NCBI GenBank assembly: GCA_963706955.1
Contig: CAVPOC010000007.1
Span: 32,001-96,000 of the forward strand
From: an uncultured Verrucomicrobiae bacterium
GTDB taxonomy: Bacteria > Verrucomicrobiota > Verrucomicrobiia > Chthoniobacterales > Terrimicrobiaceae
Reading direction: 5' to 3'
DNA: 64,000 nt
Position numbers and translations under genes: made by a program. Below are positions 10,236 through 21,291 of this stretch, one piece after another; the stretch's first letter is position 1, and each line of letters opens with the position of its first letter. Below the pieces are notes generated by a model. The model saw only the letters and a program-made list of their open reading frames with translations, had not been told where the DNA came from and searched no databases.

Positions 10236-11216
10236 AGCGTGATAATTTTCTGTTCCGCCCAGGAGCGGCTGGCCGCATCCGCAAGCTCCAATGCCTTCAC
10301 ACCATCCTCAATGGTGATTGGGACAGGTCCACTCTCGTCGCACCGCGCCGAAGAATTGCGCCATCTCAGTGGCGTAGGCGGCGCTATAACGCTCGAGGAA
10401 GAACGCCTCCGGCACATCGGTGCTTACCGCTTTGCTCGTATAGGAGGCTACCTCGGTAGGTCGCACATTGCCGGCCTGAAGCATCCCCTTGCTTCCAAGG
10501 ACTTCGAAACGCTGATCGTATCCATAGACTGCGCGCCGGCTCGTGTTTATTTGGCAGAGTTTGCCGCTGCGGGTCCGGATGGAGACGACGCTGGAGTCGA
10601 TGTCTCCGGCTTCAGCGATCGCTGGATCGGTCAGACAACTGCCGGTGGCATAGACCGTCTCGGCATCCTCGCCGAGAATGAATCGAAACATGTCAAAGTC
10701 GTGGATGAGCATGTCCTTGAATATGCCCCCCGAGCCTTTGATGTAAGAAACCGGCGGTGCTCCCGGGTCGCGACTCGTGATGATGAGCATCTCCGGTTCG
10801 CCGATCTCGCCGGAGTCCAGCCGCTTTTTGAGGGCGGCAAAGGTCGGGTCGAAACGGCGGTTAAATCCGATCATACAGGTGACACCCGCCTTCGCGACAG
10901 ACTCGGCACACCTACGAGCCCGATCCAGATCGAGATCTACGGGCTTCTCGCAGAAAATCGCCTTGCCGGCCGCCGCCGACCGCATGATAAGATCCGCGTG
11001 TGTCTCGGTAATGGAAGCAATGACCACTGCCTTGACAGAGGAGTCTCCCAGGACCGTTTCGCTAACGGCAGCTTGGGCCCCGTATTGCCTGGCGAGTTCA
11101 GCAGTCGCGTCAGGCGAAATATCAACCACGTATTTAAGTGACATCCCAGGCTGCCGAGCGAGGTTGGCAGCATGAATCTTTCCGATTCGACCAGCTCCAA
11201 ATAATGCAACGTTCAT
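10232..11216 (-). CDS. iolG: Inositol 2-dehydrogenase, frameshift near 10335; 3' end approximate
   Basis: GAGRIG, FCEKP, GFNRRFDP, ITSRDP, GGIFKDMLIHDFD, YGYDQRFE; C-terminus DGVKALELADAASRSW lies in another frame. Confidence 0.8.
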
Positions 11217-11333
11217 AAAAGGCAAGATAGCTAACGAATGAATTGTTCGAGAGGCATTCAATCCGAATGGTAAGGGGCCAAGTTGGTAATTCGATATTCG
11301 GTTGAGCGTCTCGTGACTTAGAAATTCCAGCTC

Positions 11334-14279
11334 TTAGAGTAAGGCATCATAGAGAATTTCTGCGGGATGGTGCGCGATGCGTCCAGTGCCATCCTTGATC
11401 TGATGGCGGCAACTGGTGCCCGGCGCAGCGATGATCGTTTCGGCTGGAGCGGAGCGCACGCTAGGCAGCAGCACCAACTCTCCCACTTTCATTGACACGT
11501 CAAAATGCTCCTTTTCATATCCAAAGGATCCCGCCATCCCGCAGCAGCCGGAGGGGATAATTTGAACCTTGTAATCGACTGGCAATTCCAGAGCCTTGAC
11601 CGTCGGGGTGAGGGACGCCAACGACTTCTGGTGGCAGTGGCCGTGCAGTTTGATATGCCGGGGCTTCTGAGTGAACGCTTCGCGACGGATGCGACCTGCA
11701 TCCGCCTCGCGGGAGATGAATTCATCGATCAAGAGGGCGTTGGCCCCCAGAGCCTTGGCGGCGTCGACCAGACGCTCCGGAACAAGATCGGGAAACTCAT
11801 CCCGAAATCCGAGAATCGCCGAGGGCTCGATCCCGACAAGGGGCGTTTGTGAGCTGACGACATCTTTGAGGAGCTCAACATTGCGGGTGGCCAGCTTCGC
11901 TGCGTCCCGCAGCAGACCTTTCGAGATTTGCGCTCGCCCACTATCCACGTGCCGAGGGATGATCACCTCGTAACCCAGACGATTGAGTAACTGAACGGTC
12001 TTGATACCGACATCGGCATCGTTGAAATTAGTGAATTCGTCGCAGAAGAGAAGGACGCGTCCATTAGCAAAGGAACCGTTCTTGTTCGCATGGAGACGAT
12101 GCCAGCGACGTAAAGGCGTTTTGTTGAGCTTCGGAATCGAACGGCCGGTGGCGAAACCGGCAAACCTCTTGAAGAGCTGGGATGTCACCGCGTTGGTCAC
12201 CACAAAGTTGAATAAACCAGGCGCCAGCGAGGCCAGGGACATCGCCTTGGAAAATCCGCCGATGAGCCGCGCCCGCAGCGGAATTCCTCGAGCATCGTAG
12301 CGTTGCTGCAGCCACTCGGCCTTGAGCCGTGCGACGTCAACGTTCGACGGGCACTCCGCCTTGCACCCCTTGCAGGAGAGACAGAGATCCATCACCGGAG
12401 CGATCTCGTCGCTGTCGAAGGGATTTGCTTTCGTGGAATTCGTAAGGACTTCGCGCAAAATGTTTGCGCGTGCGCGCGTGGTGTCACGCTCGTTCCGTGT
12501 GGCCATATAGCTCGGGCACATCGTGCCGCCCATGAGATGGGACTTGCGGCAGTCGCCGGAACCGTTGCATTGCTCCGCCGCTCTCAAAATGCCACGAGCC
12601 TCTGAGAACCTCAGGATGGTCTTGAATTCACGGACCGGCTGGTTGGGCTTGTAGCGCAAGCTTGCATCCATCGGGGGCGTGTCCGTGATCTTGCCCGGAT
12701 TGAAGATCCCCGCCGAGTCCCACGTCTGCTTGATCGCACGAAAGAGCGCGTAGTTCTTTTCTCCGACCATCATCGGAAGAAACTCGCCTCGCAGGCGACC
12801 GTCGCCATGCTCACCACTCAGCGATCCCCCGAACCGCTTGGTGAGTTGCGCGATCTCCGTGCCGACGATTCGGAAGAGCTTCTGATGCTCTTGAAGCTTC
12901 AGATTCAAGATCGGGCGGAGGTGCAGTTCGCCGGAGGCGGCGTGACCGTAATGCACGGCCGAGAGACCATAACGGGCCAAAATCTCGTCGAACTCGCGCA
13001 CATAGGCTGGCATGTCCTCCGGATCGATAGCCGTATCTTCGATCACCGCGACCGGCTTGGCATCGCCAGGGATGTTGGCGAGCAACCCAAGCGCCGCCTT
13101 TCGCAGGTTCCAGACACGATTGACATCCGAACCCCAGACAACCGGATAGTGGTATCCCAGCCCAGCAGCGCGCAATTCGCTCTCGACCTGCGCCGCGACC
13201 GCGCCGACCTCCTCGCGTGTGCCGGCGGCCAATTCAACAGCGAGAATGGCGCCCGGGTCGCCCTGCACGAAAAAGCGATTCTTGCTTTGCTCGAGGTTCG
13301 TCTTAGTGCACTCGAGAATATTGTCATCCATTAGCTCGCAGGCGCGCGGCGCGTGACGCAACGCCACCAGATTTGCGCGAAGGGCCTCGTCGATGTTGGT
13401 GCAGTGAACGCAAACGAGGGCCGATTCACGCGGTGGCAATGGCTCGCAAGTCAAAGTGATCTCAGTCAAGAAAGCGAGCGTCCCCTCTGACCCTGCAAGC
13501 AAACGGCAAAAGTTGAACAGCGGACCGTCCGCGGTCAAAGGGGCGCAATCCGACAGCAGGTCGATGGCATAGCCGGTATTGCGGCGGTGAATTGATCTTT
13601 TCGGAAACTGGCGGTTGATCTCGGCGCGATTTTCGGGATCGCCGAGTAGCCGTTTTGTCTCGCGATAAATTGCGGCTTCCAGAGTATCGCCTGCGCACTT
13701 GCCTTCAAATTCATTGGAGGAAAGTGGTCCGAACTCCGCGATCGAGCCATCGCTTAAGACCGCTCGGGCCGAGGTGACATGCTCGCGTGTGCTGCCATAA
13801 ACCACCGAATTCGCGCCGCAAGCATTGTTTCCAACCATGCCTCCGATCATGCAGCGATTTTGTGTCGAAGTCTCGGGAGCGAAGAAAATCCCATGGGGGA
13901 CGAGCGCAAGATTCAGCTCGTTTCGAACCACGCCAGGTTGGACGCGCACGCGGCCACGCTTGGCATCAATCTCGATGATGGCGTTAAAATGACGTGACAC
14001 ATCGACGACAATCCCGCGACCGACGACCTGCCCGGCCAGGGAAGTTCCGGCCGTCCGTGGGATCAGCGAAGTATGATGGGTGCGGGCAAAGGAGACGAGT
14101 TTGCGGATGTCTTGCTCGTTCTTGGGAAAGGCGACCGCCTGCGGAATCTCCCGATAGACCGACGCATCCGTGGCGTAAAGTTTTCGCGACATCGCATCGA
14201 AATGGAGCGAACCGTCAAGTTCAGCGCTTAATCGCCGGAGGTCGGAAGTGTTGTCGGAACTCACATTGCTTCCTGCCAA
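11334..14279 (-). CDS. FAD-binding and 4Fe-4S-containing oxidoreductase (GlcD/GlcF fusion, YdiJ-like)
   Basis: GTSLAGQ, GEHGDG, CNGSGDC, CLSCKGCKAECP, CCGMAG motifs; start uncertain. Confidence 0.88.
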   Translation of the reverse strand: MAGSNVSSDNTSDLRRLSAELDGSLHFDAMSRKLYATDASVYREIPQAVAFPKNEQDIRKLVSFARTHHTSLIPRTAGTSLAGQVVGRGIVVDVSRHFNAIIEIDAKRGRVRVQPGVVRNELNLALVPHGIFFAPETSTQNRCMIGGMVGNNACGANSVVYGSTREHVTSARAVLSDGSIAEFGPLSSNEFEGKCAGDTLEAAIYRETKRLLGDPENRAEINRQFPKRSIHRRNTGYAIDLLSDCAPLTADGPLFNFCRLLAGSEGTLAFLTEITLTCEPLPPRESALVCVHCTNIDEALRANLVALRHAPRACELMDDNILECTKTNLEQSKNRFFVQGDPGAILAVELAAGTREEVGAVAAQVESELRAAGLGYHYPVVWGSDVNRVWNLRKAALGLLANIPGDAKPVAVIEDTAIDPEDMPAYVREFDEILARYGLSAVHYGHAASGELHLRPILNLKLQEHQKLFRIVGTEIAQLTKRFGGSLSGEHGDGRLRGEFLPMMVGEKNYALFRAIKQTWDSAGIFNPGKITDTPPMDASLRYKPNQPVREFKTILRFSEARGILRAAEQCNGSGDCRKSHLMGGTMCPSYMATRNERDTTRARANILREVLTNSTKANPFDSDEIAPVMDLCLSCKGCKAECPSNVDVARLKAEWLQQRYDARGIPLRARLIGGFSKAMSLASLAPGLFNFVVTNAVTSQLFKRFAGFATGRSIPKLNKTPLRRWHRLHANKNGSFANGRVLLFCDEFTNFNDADVGIKTVQLLNRLGYEVIIPRHVDSGRAQISKGLLRDAAKLATRNVELLKDVVSSQTPLVGIEPSAILGFRDEFPDLVPERLVDAAKALGANALLIDEFISREADAGRIRREAFTQKPRHIKLHGHCHQKSLASLTPTVKALELPVDYKVQIIPSGCCGMAGSFGYEKEHFDVSMKVGELVLLPSVRSAPAETIIAAPGTSCRHQIKDGTGRIAHHPAEILYDALL

Positions 14280-14365
14280 AGTTTCCCTAGCGGCGTAGAT
14301 CCTCGCTCATGCGGTTCTCAGAAAGCGGTGCCGGAGTTCCGCGCTCTCGTGAACAGAACGATCGC

Positions 14366-15376
14366 TCATTGGATTTCAGAAATCTTGACCGGTCGTCTTT
14401 CCTTCCAGCTCGTGGTCACCGCGATCGCCAGACGCAAAGTTTCCAGGGCGTCTTCAGGGCCCGGCGACGGTTTCTTACCCTCCTGCAGAGCCTTGAAGAA
14501 GCTTTGCAGCTGAAGTTGGTAGGCCTTTTCGAATCGATCCGGAAAGTTCTCGAAATGATCGAACGTGGATGAGAATTCGCGGGCGAAGAGCAGGGGAGTC
14601 TTTTGAGGTGCCTCGATGACGACCTTGCCAATTGCGCCCGCGACCTCCGTCCGGATATCATAGCCCCAATTCGAGTGACGGGATGTTTCCGCGACCCCTA
14701 AGACCCCGTTCTGAAAACGCAAGAGAGTCGTCGCCGTATCAACGTCGCCGGCCTGGGAAAAGCGTTCATCGATCAAGACCGCTCCCCAAGCCTGAACTTC
14801 CTCTACTTCGCCGACCAAAAAGCGCGCAAGATCAAGATCATGCACCGCCATGTCGAGGAACAAGCCACCGCTAGATTTTAGGAAGTTGAGGCTAGGCGGA
14901 TAGGTGTCGCGGCTTAGCGCGCGGAAGGTTTCCAGCTTTCCTAATTCGCCTGCGTCGATACGTGCCTTGGCCTTGGCATAGCCCGGATCAAACCTTCTCA
15001 TAAATCCGATCTGGACCAAAGCTCCTCGTTGCTGTGCCAGCCGAACCACGCGGTCGGTCTCGGCAAGGTCAAGCGCAATTGGCTTCTCGCTGAAAATCGC
15101 CTTGCCCGCGTTGACGGCCAACTCGATGAGGCGCGCATGCGTCTCGGTGGGTGTGACGATGACGACAGCATCGACGCCAGGATGCGTAATCGCCTTCTCG
15201 ATATCGGTGAGGGCGACTTCGGCATTCGAAATGCCCTTCCCGCGCTCAGCCGCATCCCTGTTCGGATCGGCAACGGCGACCACCCGCACGCCGCTTAACC
15301 CCACCAGATTTCGGAGATGAGTTTCGCCCATCCGGCCCACGCCCAGAAAGGCGACGCCGATCGTTCCTGCTGCCAT
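14366..15376 (-). CDS. Gfo/Idh/MocA oxidoreductase, IolG-like
   Basis: GVGRMG, SEKP, GFMRRFDP, GGLFLDMAVHDLD, GYDIRTE. Confidence 0.85.
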   Translation of the reverse strand: MAAGTIGVAFLGVGRMGETHLRNLVGLSGVRVVAVADPNRDAAERGKGISNAEVALTDIEKAITHPGVDAVVIVTPTETHARLIELAVNAGKAIFSEKPIALDLAETDRVVRLAQQRGALVQIGFMRRFDPGYAKAKARIDAGELGKLETFRALSRDTYPPSLNFLKSSGGLFLDMAVHDLDLARFLVGEVEEVQAWGAVLIDERFSQAGDVDTATTLLRFQNGVLGVAETSRHSNWGYDIRTEVAGAIGKVVIEAPQKTPLLFAREFSSTFDHFENFPDRFEKAYQLQLQSFFKALQEGKKPSPGPEDALETLRLAIAVTTSWKERRPVKISEIQ

Positions 15377-15382
15377 AGGGCT

Positions 15383-16306
15383 CTATTTAATGAGTGATTT
15401 AACCCGCTCGCTTAGGCGAGGCGGAGACATCTTAAACAGATCAAGCAGATAGTCATTTGGGGCCGACTCGCCCCAGCGATCCTCGATGCCGAAGCGAACG
15501 ACTTTTCGGGGCGAAGCTTCGGACAGAATTTCAGCAACCAAACCACCCAACCCGCCGTAGATCGTGTGTTCTTCAACCGTAATGACCAACTTGGCCTTCT
15601 CGGACGCGCTGACGACTTCCTCCTTGTTTATCGGTTTGATCGAGGGCAAATGCAGCACGCCCGCCGAAATACCGTCAGCTTCGAGGAGCTTGGCGGCCTC
15701 GACGCAACGCAGACTTTGCGGTCCGGTCGAAATCAACAACACGTCGCTGCCCTCCCGCAAGGAAATCGTCTTCCCCGGCACGAAGCTATACGACTCATCG
15801 AAGAAATTTGGCGATGCGTCGCGCGCCAGGCGCAAGTAGACCGGGCCCTGGAAGTCAGTGGCCCAGCGAATGATCGCTTCCCCCTCGATAGCGTCGGCCG
15901 GCGCGAGGACGGTCATATCCGGCATCGCGCGCATGATGGCGAGATCTTGAACGTCTTGGTGCGTCTTGCCGGTCAAGCCGGTCAGAATCCCTGAATAGGC
16001 GGCGCCGATCTTAACATTCGCACGGGTCTGTGCGACCAGCATGCGGATCGGATCGATTGCCCGATGCGTGAAGAAGACCGTGAAGGTGGAAAGCCAGGGC
16101 ACAAACCCTAGCGATGCCAATCCAACGGCCACGCCGACAAAGTTCTGCTCGGCAATTCCCATTTGCAAAAACCTGTCCGGATAAGCGATCGCGAATTTAT
16201 CCGCCTTCGTGGAATTGGCCAAATCGGCGTCCAGGACGAGGACATTGGGATTTGTCCAACCGAGAGCGACCAGCGTATCTCCAAAAACATCTCGTAGGGC
16301 TTTCAT
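15383..16306 (-). CDS. Transketolase, C-terminal (pyrimidine-binding) subunit
   Basis: LDADLANST, MGIAEQN, THQDVQD, PVYLRL, VEEHTIYGGLG; its start overlaps the stop of the N-terminal subunit. Confidence 0.9.
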   Translation of the reverse strand: MKALRDVFGDTLVALGWTNPNVLVLDADLANSTKADKFAIAYPDRFLQMGIAEQNFVGVAVGLASLGFVPWLSTFTVFFTHRAIDPIRMLVAQTRANVKIGAAYSGILTGLTGKTHQDVQDLAIMRAMPDMTVLAPADAIEGEAIIRWATDFQGPVYLRLARDASPNFFDESYSFVPGKTISLREGSDVLLISTGPQSLRCVEAAKLLEADGISAGVLHLPSIKPINKEEVVSASEKAKLVITVEEHTIYGGLGGLVAEILSEASPRKVVRFGIEDRWGESAPNDYLLDLFKMSPPRLSERVKSLIK

Positions 16307-17181
16307 GCTATTGTCTCCTCGATGCCAAGCTCCTTGGCAATGATTCTCAGTTCATCTTTGGTGGCAACTTTCGAGTGCCATTCGTGCTTTCCTTCCGTGA
16401 AATGCACTCCCTTTCCTTTGACAGTATGCGCGATGATCATCGTCGGCTGATCGGATTCTCCGGACGCTTTCACGCTTTGTAAGGCGGGGACGACTTGCGA
16501 GAAATCATGGCCGTTAATCTCGATACATCGCCAGCCGAGTTTTTCGAAGATCCCTCGCAGATCAACTCCTCCCCACGGATCGCGACGATCACCGCGGTGC
16601 TGCTCGTTCACCGCGAGCACCCAGCCAAATTGCTGCAAGCCGTTCCAATCAAGAATCGCGGTGAGATTTCCCAGCTTATAACGCGGTGCAATGTGCAAAG
16701 CTTCCCAGACCATCCCCTCCTGAAGTTCACCGTCACCGAGGACAACAAACGTGTGGAACTTCTTACCGCGCAATCGTGCGCCCAAGGCAAAACCCAGGCC
16801 AACCGAAAGCCCCTGGCCAAGCGAACCGGTTGAAGTATCGATGCCAGGCAGCTTGGTAACATCGGGATGCCCTTGCAAACGCGAGTTTCCTTTGTCGAAA
16901 GTTTTTAACTCCTCGATGGGAAGATATCCCCGCAAAGCCATCACCGCATACTGGCCAATGGATGAGTGGCCCTTGGAAAGAATGAAGCGGTCGCGATCCT
17001 CCCATCCGGGGTCTTCCGGCTTGACGTCCATGACGCGAAAGTAGAGCGCGACCAAGAGATCCATCGCCGAGAATGGGCCTCCGACGTGGCCTGCACCGCT
17101 ACCCGCCACCGTGCTGATCGCCAGCCAGCGGCCCTTTCGAGCCAGCGCCTCAAGCTCCTTGTAATCTGAATTGTTGCTCAT
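16303..17181 (-). CDS. Transketolase, N-terminal (TPP-binding) subunit
   Basis: RDRFILSKGH, LQGHP, STGSLGQG, GDGELQEG, TVKGKG. Confidence 0.9.
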   Translation of the reverse strand: MSNNSDYKELEALARKGRWLAISTVAGSGAGHVGGPFSAMDLLVALYFRVMDVKPEDPGWEDRDRFILSKGHSSIGQYAVMALRGYLPIEELKTFDKGNSRLQGHPDVTKLPGIDTSTGSLGQGLSVGLGFALGARLRGKKFHTFVVLGDGELQEGMVWEALHIAPRYKLGNLTAILDWNGLQQFGWVLAVNEQHRGDRRDPWGGVDLRGIFEKLGWRCIEINGHDFSQVVPALQSVKASGESDQPTMIIAHTVKGKGVHFTEGKHEWHSKVATKDELRIIAKELGIEETIA

Positions 17182-17220
17182 ATGTCTTAGGTTAGCCTAG
17201 TTGTTCTAAGGTTCGTTGAC

Positions 17221-18390
17221 TTAGCGTTTCGTAGAGGTCCACTGGCCGGAACGCGCCGACTGGTCCATCGCCTCGATGATTTCCTGATTTCTTGCTCCGA
17301 AGGAGAAATCCGGAAAGCAACCCGCGTTTGATCCAACTCCCTGGACGAGGTCGTGGACTTCGAAGACTTTCATATCAAAATAACCAAGCCCACCGCCGGC
17401 GAAATCGAAACCAAAGAAGGCCGAATACTGTGGAACTTGCGAACCGCAATAGATTGTTTTGAAACCGCGATCGCGTTTTTCCTCGCCCATGCGGAAAACT
17501 TGCAGCTCGTTGAACCGCTCTCCGTTGTTATAGATTGTCCCCTCCGTCCCGCAGACCTCCCAGAAGACGCCGAAAACCCGTCCGGCACAGACGCGCGAAG
17601 CTTCGATGACTCCAGCGGCTCCTGATTCAAACTTAACCAGAGACTGGATCTGATCCTCATTTTCGACGACGCGTTTTTTAGCATCCGCGGTGATCTTGCT
17701 CCCGTAACCGGCATCAAAATCCGGCACCGGACGTTCCTTGAAGATGGTTTGGGTGGAAGCGGAGACCTCGGTGATGTCTCCCATAAGGAATTGGGCCACC
17801 GAGACGGTGTGCGCACCAAGATCGCCCAACGCTCCACTTCCGGCCAACTCTCTCGAGCAGCGCCATGACCAGGGCAGCAACGGATCGTTGAAAAACCCCT
17901 GATCGAACCTTCCGCGAAACCTGATCGGCTCCCCAATTTCGCCTCTGTCGATAATCTGTTTGGCGACGAGCGCCGCGGGCGTTTTCAGGTTGTTGAAGGC
18001 GACCAGGGTATGCACGCCGGCTTTCTTTGCCGCAGAAGCCATTTGCTGGGCGTCCTCGACTTTCACGGCCATCGGTTTCTCGCAATAGACATGCTTGCCC
18101 GCTTCCATGGCGACCAGCGCCGGCTCGACGTGTAAATTGTTCGGAGTGGTGATATCGATCACGTGGACGTTTGGATCTTCAATCATGCGCCTCCAATCGC
18201 CGTAGGCCTTTTCAAAGCCCAAGCGACGGCGCGATTGCTCGGCCAACGTGTCGTTCTGATCCGCAACTGCATACAAGACCGGTGTGCAAGGCAGGTTGCG
18301 ATAGAGAATGCCCGCCCTTCGATAAGCATCTGCATGCGCCTGCCCCATAAACCCGGACCCAATCAGTCCAATGTTTAGTGTCTTTGACAT
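17221..18390 (-). CDS. Gfo/Idh/MocA oxidoreductase
   Basis: IGSGFMGQAH, YCEKP, GALGDLGAH. Confidence 0.88.
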   Translation of the reverse strand: MSKTLNIGLIGSGFMGQAHADAYRRAGILYRNLPCTPVLYAVADQNDTLAEQSRRRLGFEKAYGDWRRMIEDPNVHVIDITTPNNLHVEPALVAMEAGKHVYCEKPMAVKVEDAQQMASAAKKAGVHTLVAFNNLKTPAALVAKQIIDRGEIGEPIRFRGRFDQGFFNDPLLPWSWRCSRELAGSGALGDLGAHTVSVAQFLMGDITEVSASTQTIFKERPVPDFDAGYGSKITADAKKRVVENEDQIQSLVKFESGAAGVIEASRVCAGRVFGVFWEVCGTEGTIYNNGERFNELQVFRMGEEKRDRGFKTIYCGSQVPQYSAFFGFDFAGGGLGYFDMKVFEVHDLVQGVGSNAGCFPDFSFGARNQEIIEAMDQSARSGQWTSTKR

Positions 18391-18408
18391 AGATTTTTTC
18401 GCCGGCGG

Positions 18409-19323
18409 TTAAAAGATCAGGTCCTTCGCAAAACGATACGCTTTTTCCGCATAAACCTTCGGGGTCGCCTTGGCCGGGTCTTGTTCCGCTTCAACGATCA
18501 CCCAGCCACGATAGCCCGAGTTCCGGACAAACTTTCCCAATTCGGAGAAGTCCACATCACCATCGCCGGGGACAGTGAAATATCCCTCCCTGACTCCGGC
18601 GTTGAAGCTGGCATCACTTTCTAGAATTCGCTTGAGGACAGCTCGACGGACGTCTTTGAGGTGAATGTGCACGATGCGGCTGCCAAATCGCCGAATAATT
18701 TCAGCGTAGTCCGCGCCCGCCGCGGTCGCATGGCCGGTGTCGAGCAGCAAGCCAACCGAATCCTTGGTGGCGTCGCAGAAAGCTGCAATTTCGTCGGCCT
18801 TCTCCACCAGCATCATCAAGTGGTGGTGATAAGCAAAAACGAGTCCCTCTTCTTTCAGGCGCTCGGAGAAAACCTCCACCTTCCTCGCGTAGGCCGGAAG
18901 ATCGATCGATTTTAGCTCGGGACTCTGGCTCAACGGCAGGTTAAGGTCAGCGTTGCCCGGCATCTTGCCACATTCTCCATAGACGAGGATGCTCGTTCCA
19001 CATCCCTTGAGTAAGGCAATATGATCTGCGGCCGCCTTCCATTCTTCTTCCAATGACCGGTCCGCAAGGAATCCCGAATACCATCCAGCGGCCAAGACAA
19101 GGCCATATTCTGAGAGCTTCGCTCGCAACACCGCGGGATCTTTGGGAAACTTCCGCCCAAGCTCCACTCCTTTGTAGCCGATTTCCGATGCTTCGCGCAG
19201 ACATTGCTCCAGTGGAATCTCGTCACCGAGATCGTGGAGCACATCGTTGGTCCAACTCAGCGGACTGATTCCCAACCGAACGCCATCGAGAGATTTGTTC
19301 GAAGTTTCCGTCTTACTATTCAT
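18409..19323 (-). CDS. iolE: Myo-inosose-2 dehydratase
   Basis: GISPLSWTND, YHHHL, LLLDTGH, HIHLKDVR, FTVPGDG, VEAEQDP. Confidence 0.85.
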   Translation of the reverse strand: MNSKTETSNKSLDGVRLGISPLSWTNDVLHDLGDEIPLEQCLREASEIGYKGVELGRKFPKDPAVLRAKLSEYGLVLAAGWYSGFLADRSLEEEWKAAADHIALLKGCGTSILVYGECGKMPGNADLNLPLSQSPELKSIDLPAYARKVEVFSERLKEEGLVFAYHHHLMMLVEKADEIAAFCDATKDSVGLLLDTGHATAAGADYAEIIRRFGSRIVHIHLKDVRRAVLKRILESDASFNAGVREGYFTVPGDGDVDFSELGKFVRNSGYRGWVIVEAEQDPAKATPKVYAEKAYRFAKDLIF

Positions 19324-19809
19324 AAAACAACTCTGTGGCGGTGCGTCTCCGTTGAGACAACTGGGGAACCGCTGGAGATTAGCCGCAGACGATGAGCTAT
19401 TCGCTCACAAGCAACGGCGTGCTTCTCTTTTGCCAGTATTTCAGGCAACGAAGCAACCCATTTTCGGGCGCCGGACTCGGTTCTGGGTCAAAATCTCCGG
19501 GATCGTGTCAATCATTCATTCGTAAGCAATCCGTAAGTCGGCCGTCAAGGAAAGAATCCCAGATATTTCTGGCGGCACCAGCTGGAGGCGCAATCTGCCG
19601 CCTCGGTTCCCCATGGATCGCCGAGCGATTTATTCTATAGTAAGTATTTATGGTTAATTCATATGCGTATATACTACCGTTCTGCGTCGCGCCGCGGGCA
19701 ATTTGAGATTGCTTTCTGCGATTTTCTCCTTGATCTTGCCTGAACGATTCGCAACTCTGCGCTTTCGCTTGAAAGCGAGCGTGCGATTTTCCCCGAGAGA
19801 CCAGCAGTT

Positions 19810-21280
19810 ATGACGACGACACTTTCTCTACAAGACTCCGATCTCTTTCGGCAGCAGGCATATATTGGCGGCCGCTGGTGCGACGCAGAGAGCGGGGCAA
19901 CCATCGAGGTGAATAATCCTGCCACAGGAGAAATCATGGGAACGGTTCCGCGGATGGGCGCAAACGAGACCTGGCGTGCCATTGAGGCCGCAAAGGACGC
20001 TTTCAGCGACTGGAGCCAAAGACCTGCCAAGGAGCGAACCAACCTGATGCGCCGCTGGTATGATTTGATCATGGCGAACGTTGACGATCTGGGTGCGCTG
20101 ATGACTGCGGAGCAGGGCAAGCCCCTGGCCGAGGCCAAGGGCGAAGTGGCTTATGCCGCTTCCTTTATTGAATGGTTCGCCGAGGAGGCCAAGCGGGTCT
20201 ACGGAGATGCGATCCCCTCGCCCTGGAAGGATCGCCGGCTTAGTGGTAATCAAACAGCCGATCGGCGTCTGTGCGGCGATGACGCCGTGGAATTTTCCGG
20301 CGGCCATGATCGCGCGGAAAGCCGGTCCGGCGCTGGCGGCTGGCTGTACAATGATCGCGAAACCGGCGAGCTCAACTCCCTATTCCGCTTTCGCGCTCGC
20401 GGTCCTGGCCGAGCGCGCCGGGATTCCCTCCGGAGTCCTGAACGTTGTCACTGGCGATTCCAAGGAGATCGGAGGGGAAATGACTTCGAATCCCGATGTC
20501 CGCAAGATCACCTTCACCGGGTCAACGGAAGTCGGCCGTTTGCTCATGAAGCAGAGCTCCTCCACAATAAAGAAGCTTTCCCTGGAGCTGGGCGGCAACG
20601 CTCCTTTCATTGTCTTCGACGACGCTGATTTGGATGCCGCAGTCGAAGGGGCGATTATCTCGAAATATCGCAACGCGGGCCAGACCTGCGTTTGCGCGAA
20701 TCGGTTATATGTCCAGGCGGGCGTGTATGATGCTTTTGCGGAGAAATTGGTCGCGGCGGTCGCGAAGCTTAAGGTGGGCAATGGCTTCGAGCCGGGAGTC
20801 CAACAGGGTCCTTTGATTGATAAAGCCGCCGTCGAAAAGGTGGAGGAACATATCGAGGATGCCGTTTCGAAAGGCGGCAACGTTCTGTTGGGCGGCAAGC
20901 GCCATGCCCTCGGCCAGACATTTTTTGAACCGACGGTGCTTGCCGGCGTCACTTCCCAAATGAAGGTGGCCAAGGAGGAAACCTTTGGCCCATTGGCTCC
21001 TCTCTTCCGGTTTGAAACCGACGAAGAAGGGCTCCAAATGGCCAATGACACGGAATTCGGCTTGGCCAGTTACTTCTTCAGTCGCGACGTCGGTCGGATT
21101 TGGCGCGCCGCCGAGGCACTGGACTCGGGCATGGTGGGAATCAATACCGGCTTGATCTCGAACGAGGTCGCGCCATTTGGTGGCGTTAAGCAGTCGGGGC
21201 TAGGCCGCGAAGGCTCCCACTACGGCATCGAAGAATTCCTCGAGATCAAATATCTCTGCTTCGGCGGCCTCGATAAGTAG
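19810..21280 (+). CDS. gabD: NAD(P)-dependent succinate-semialdehyde dehydrogenase, copy 1 (+1 frameshift near 20240)
   Basis: ORFs 19810.. and 20153..21280 join into a full ALDH ([30 protein letters not shown]) collinear with copy 2. Confidence 0.85.
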
Positions 21281-21291
21281 GCGCTGTGTAA

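Noticed and set aside
10022..10417. Long antisense overlap between iolG and the YdgJ-like gene
   Set aside because: Arises from the frameshifted iolG tail; the extension beyond KIITL is not homologous-looking and probably reflects an indel error
19760..19777. Palindrome CGCTTTC-GCTT-GAAAGCG upstream of gabD as a DeoR operator
   Set aside because: Single instance with no second matching site found, so not supportable
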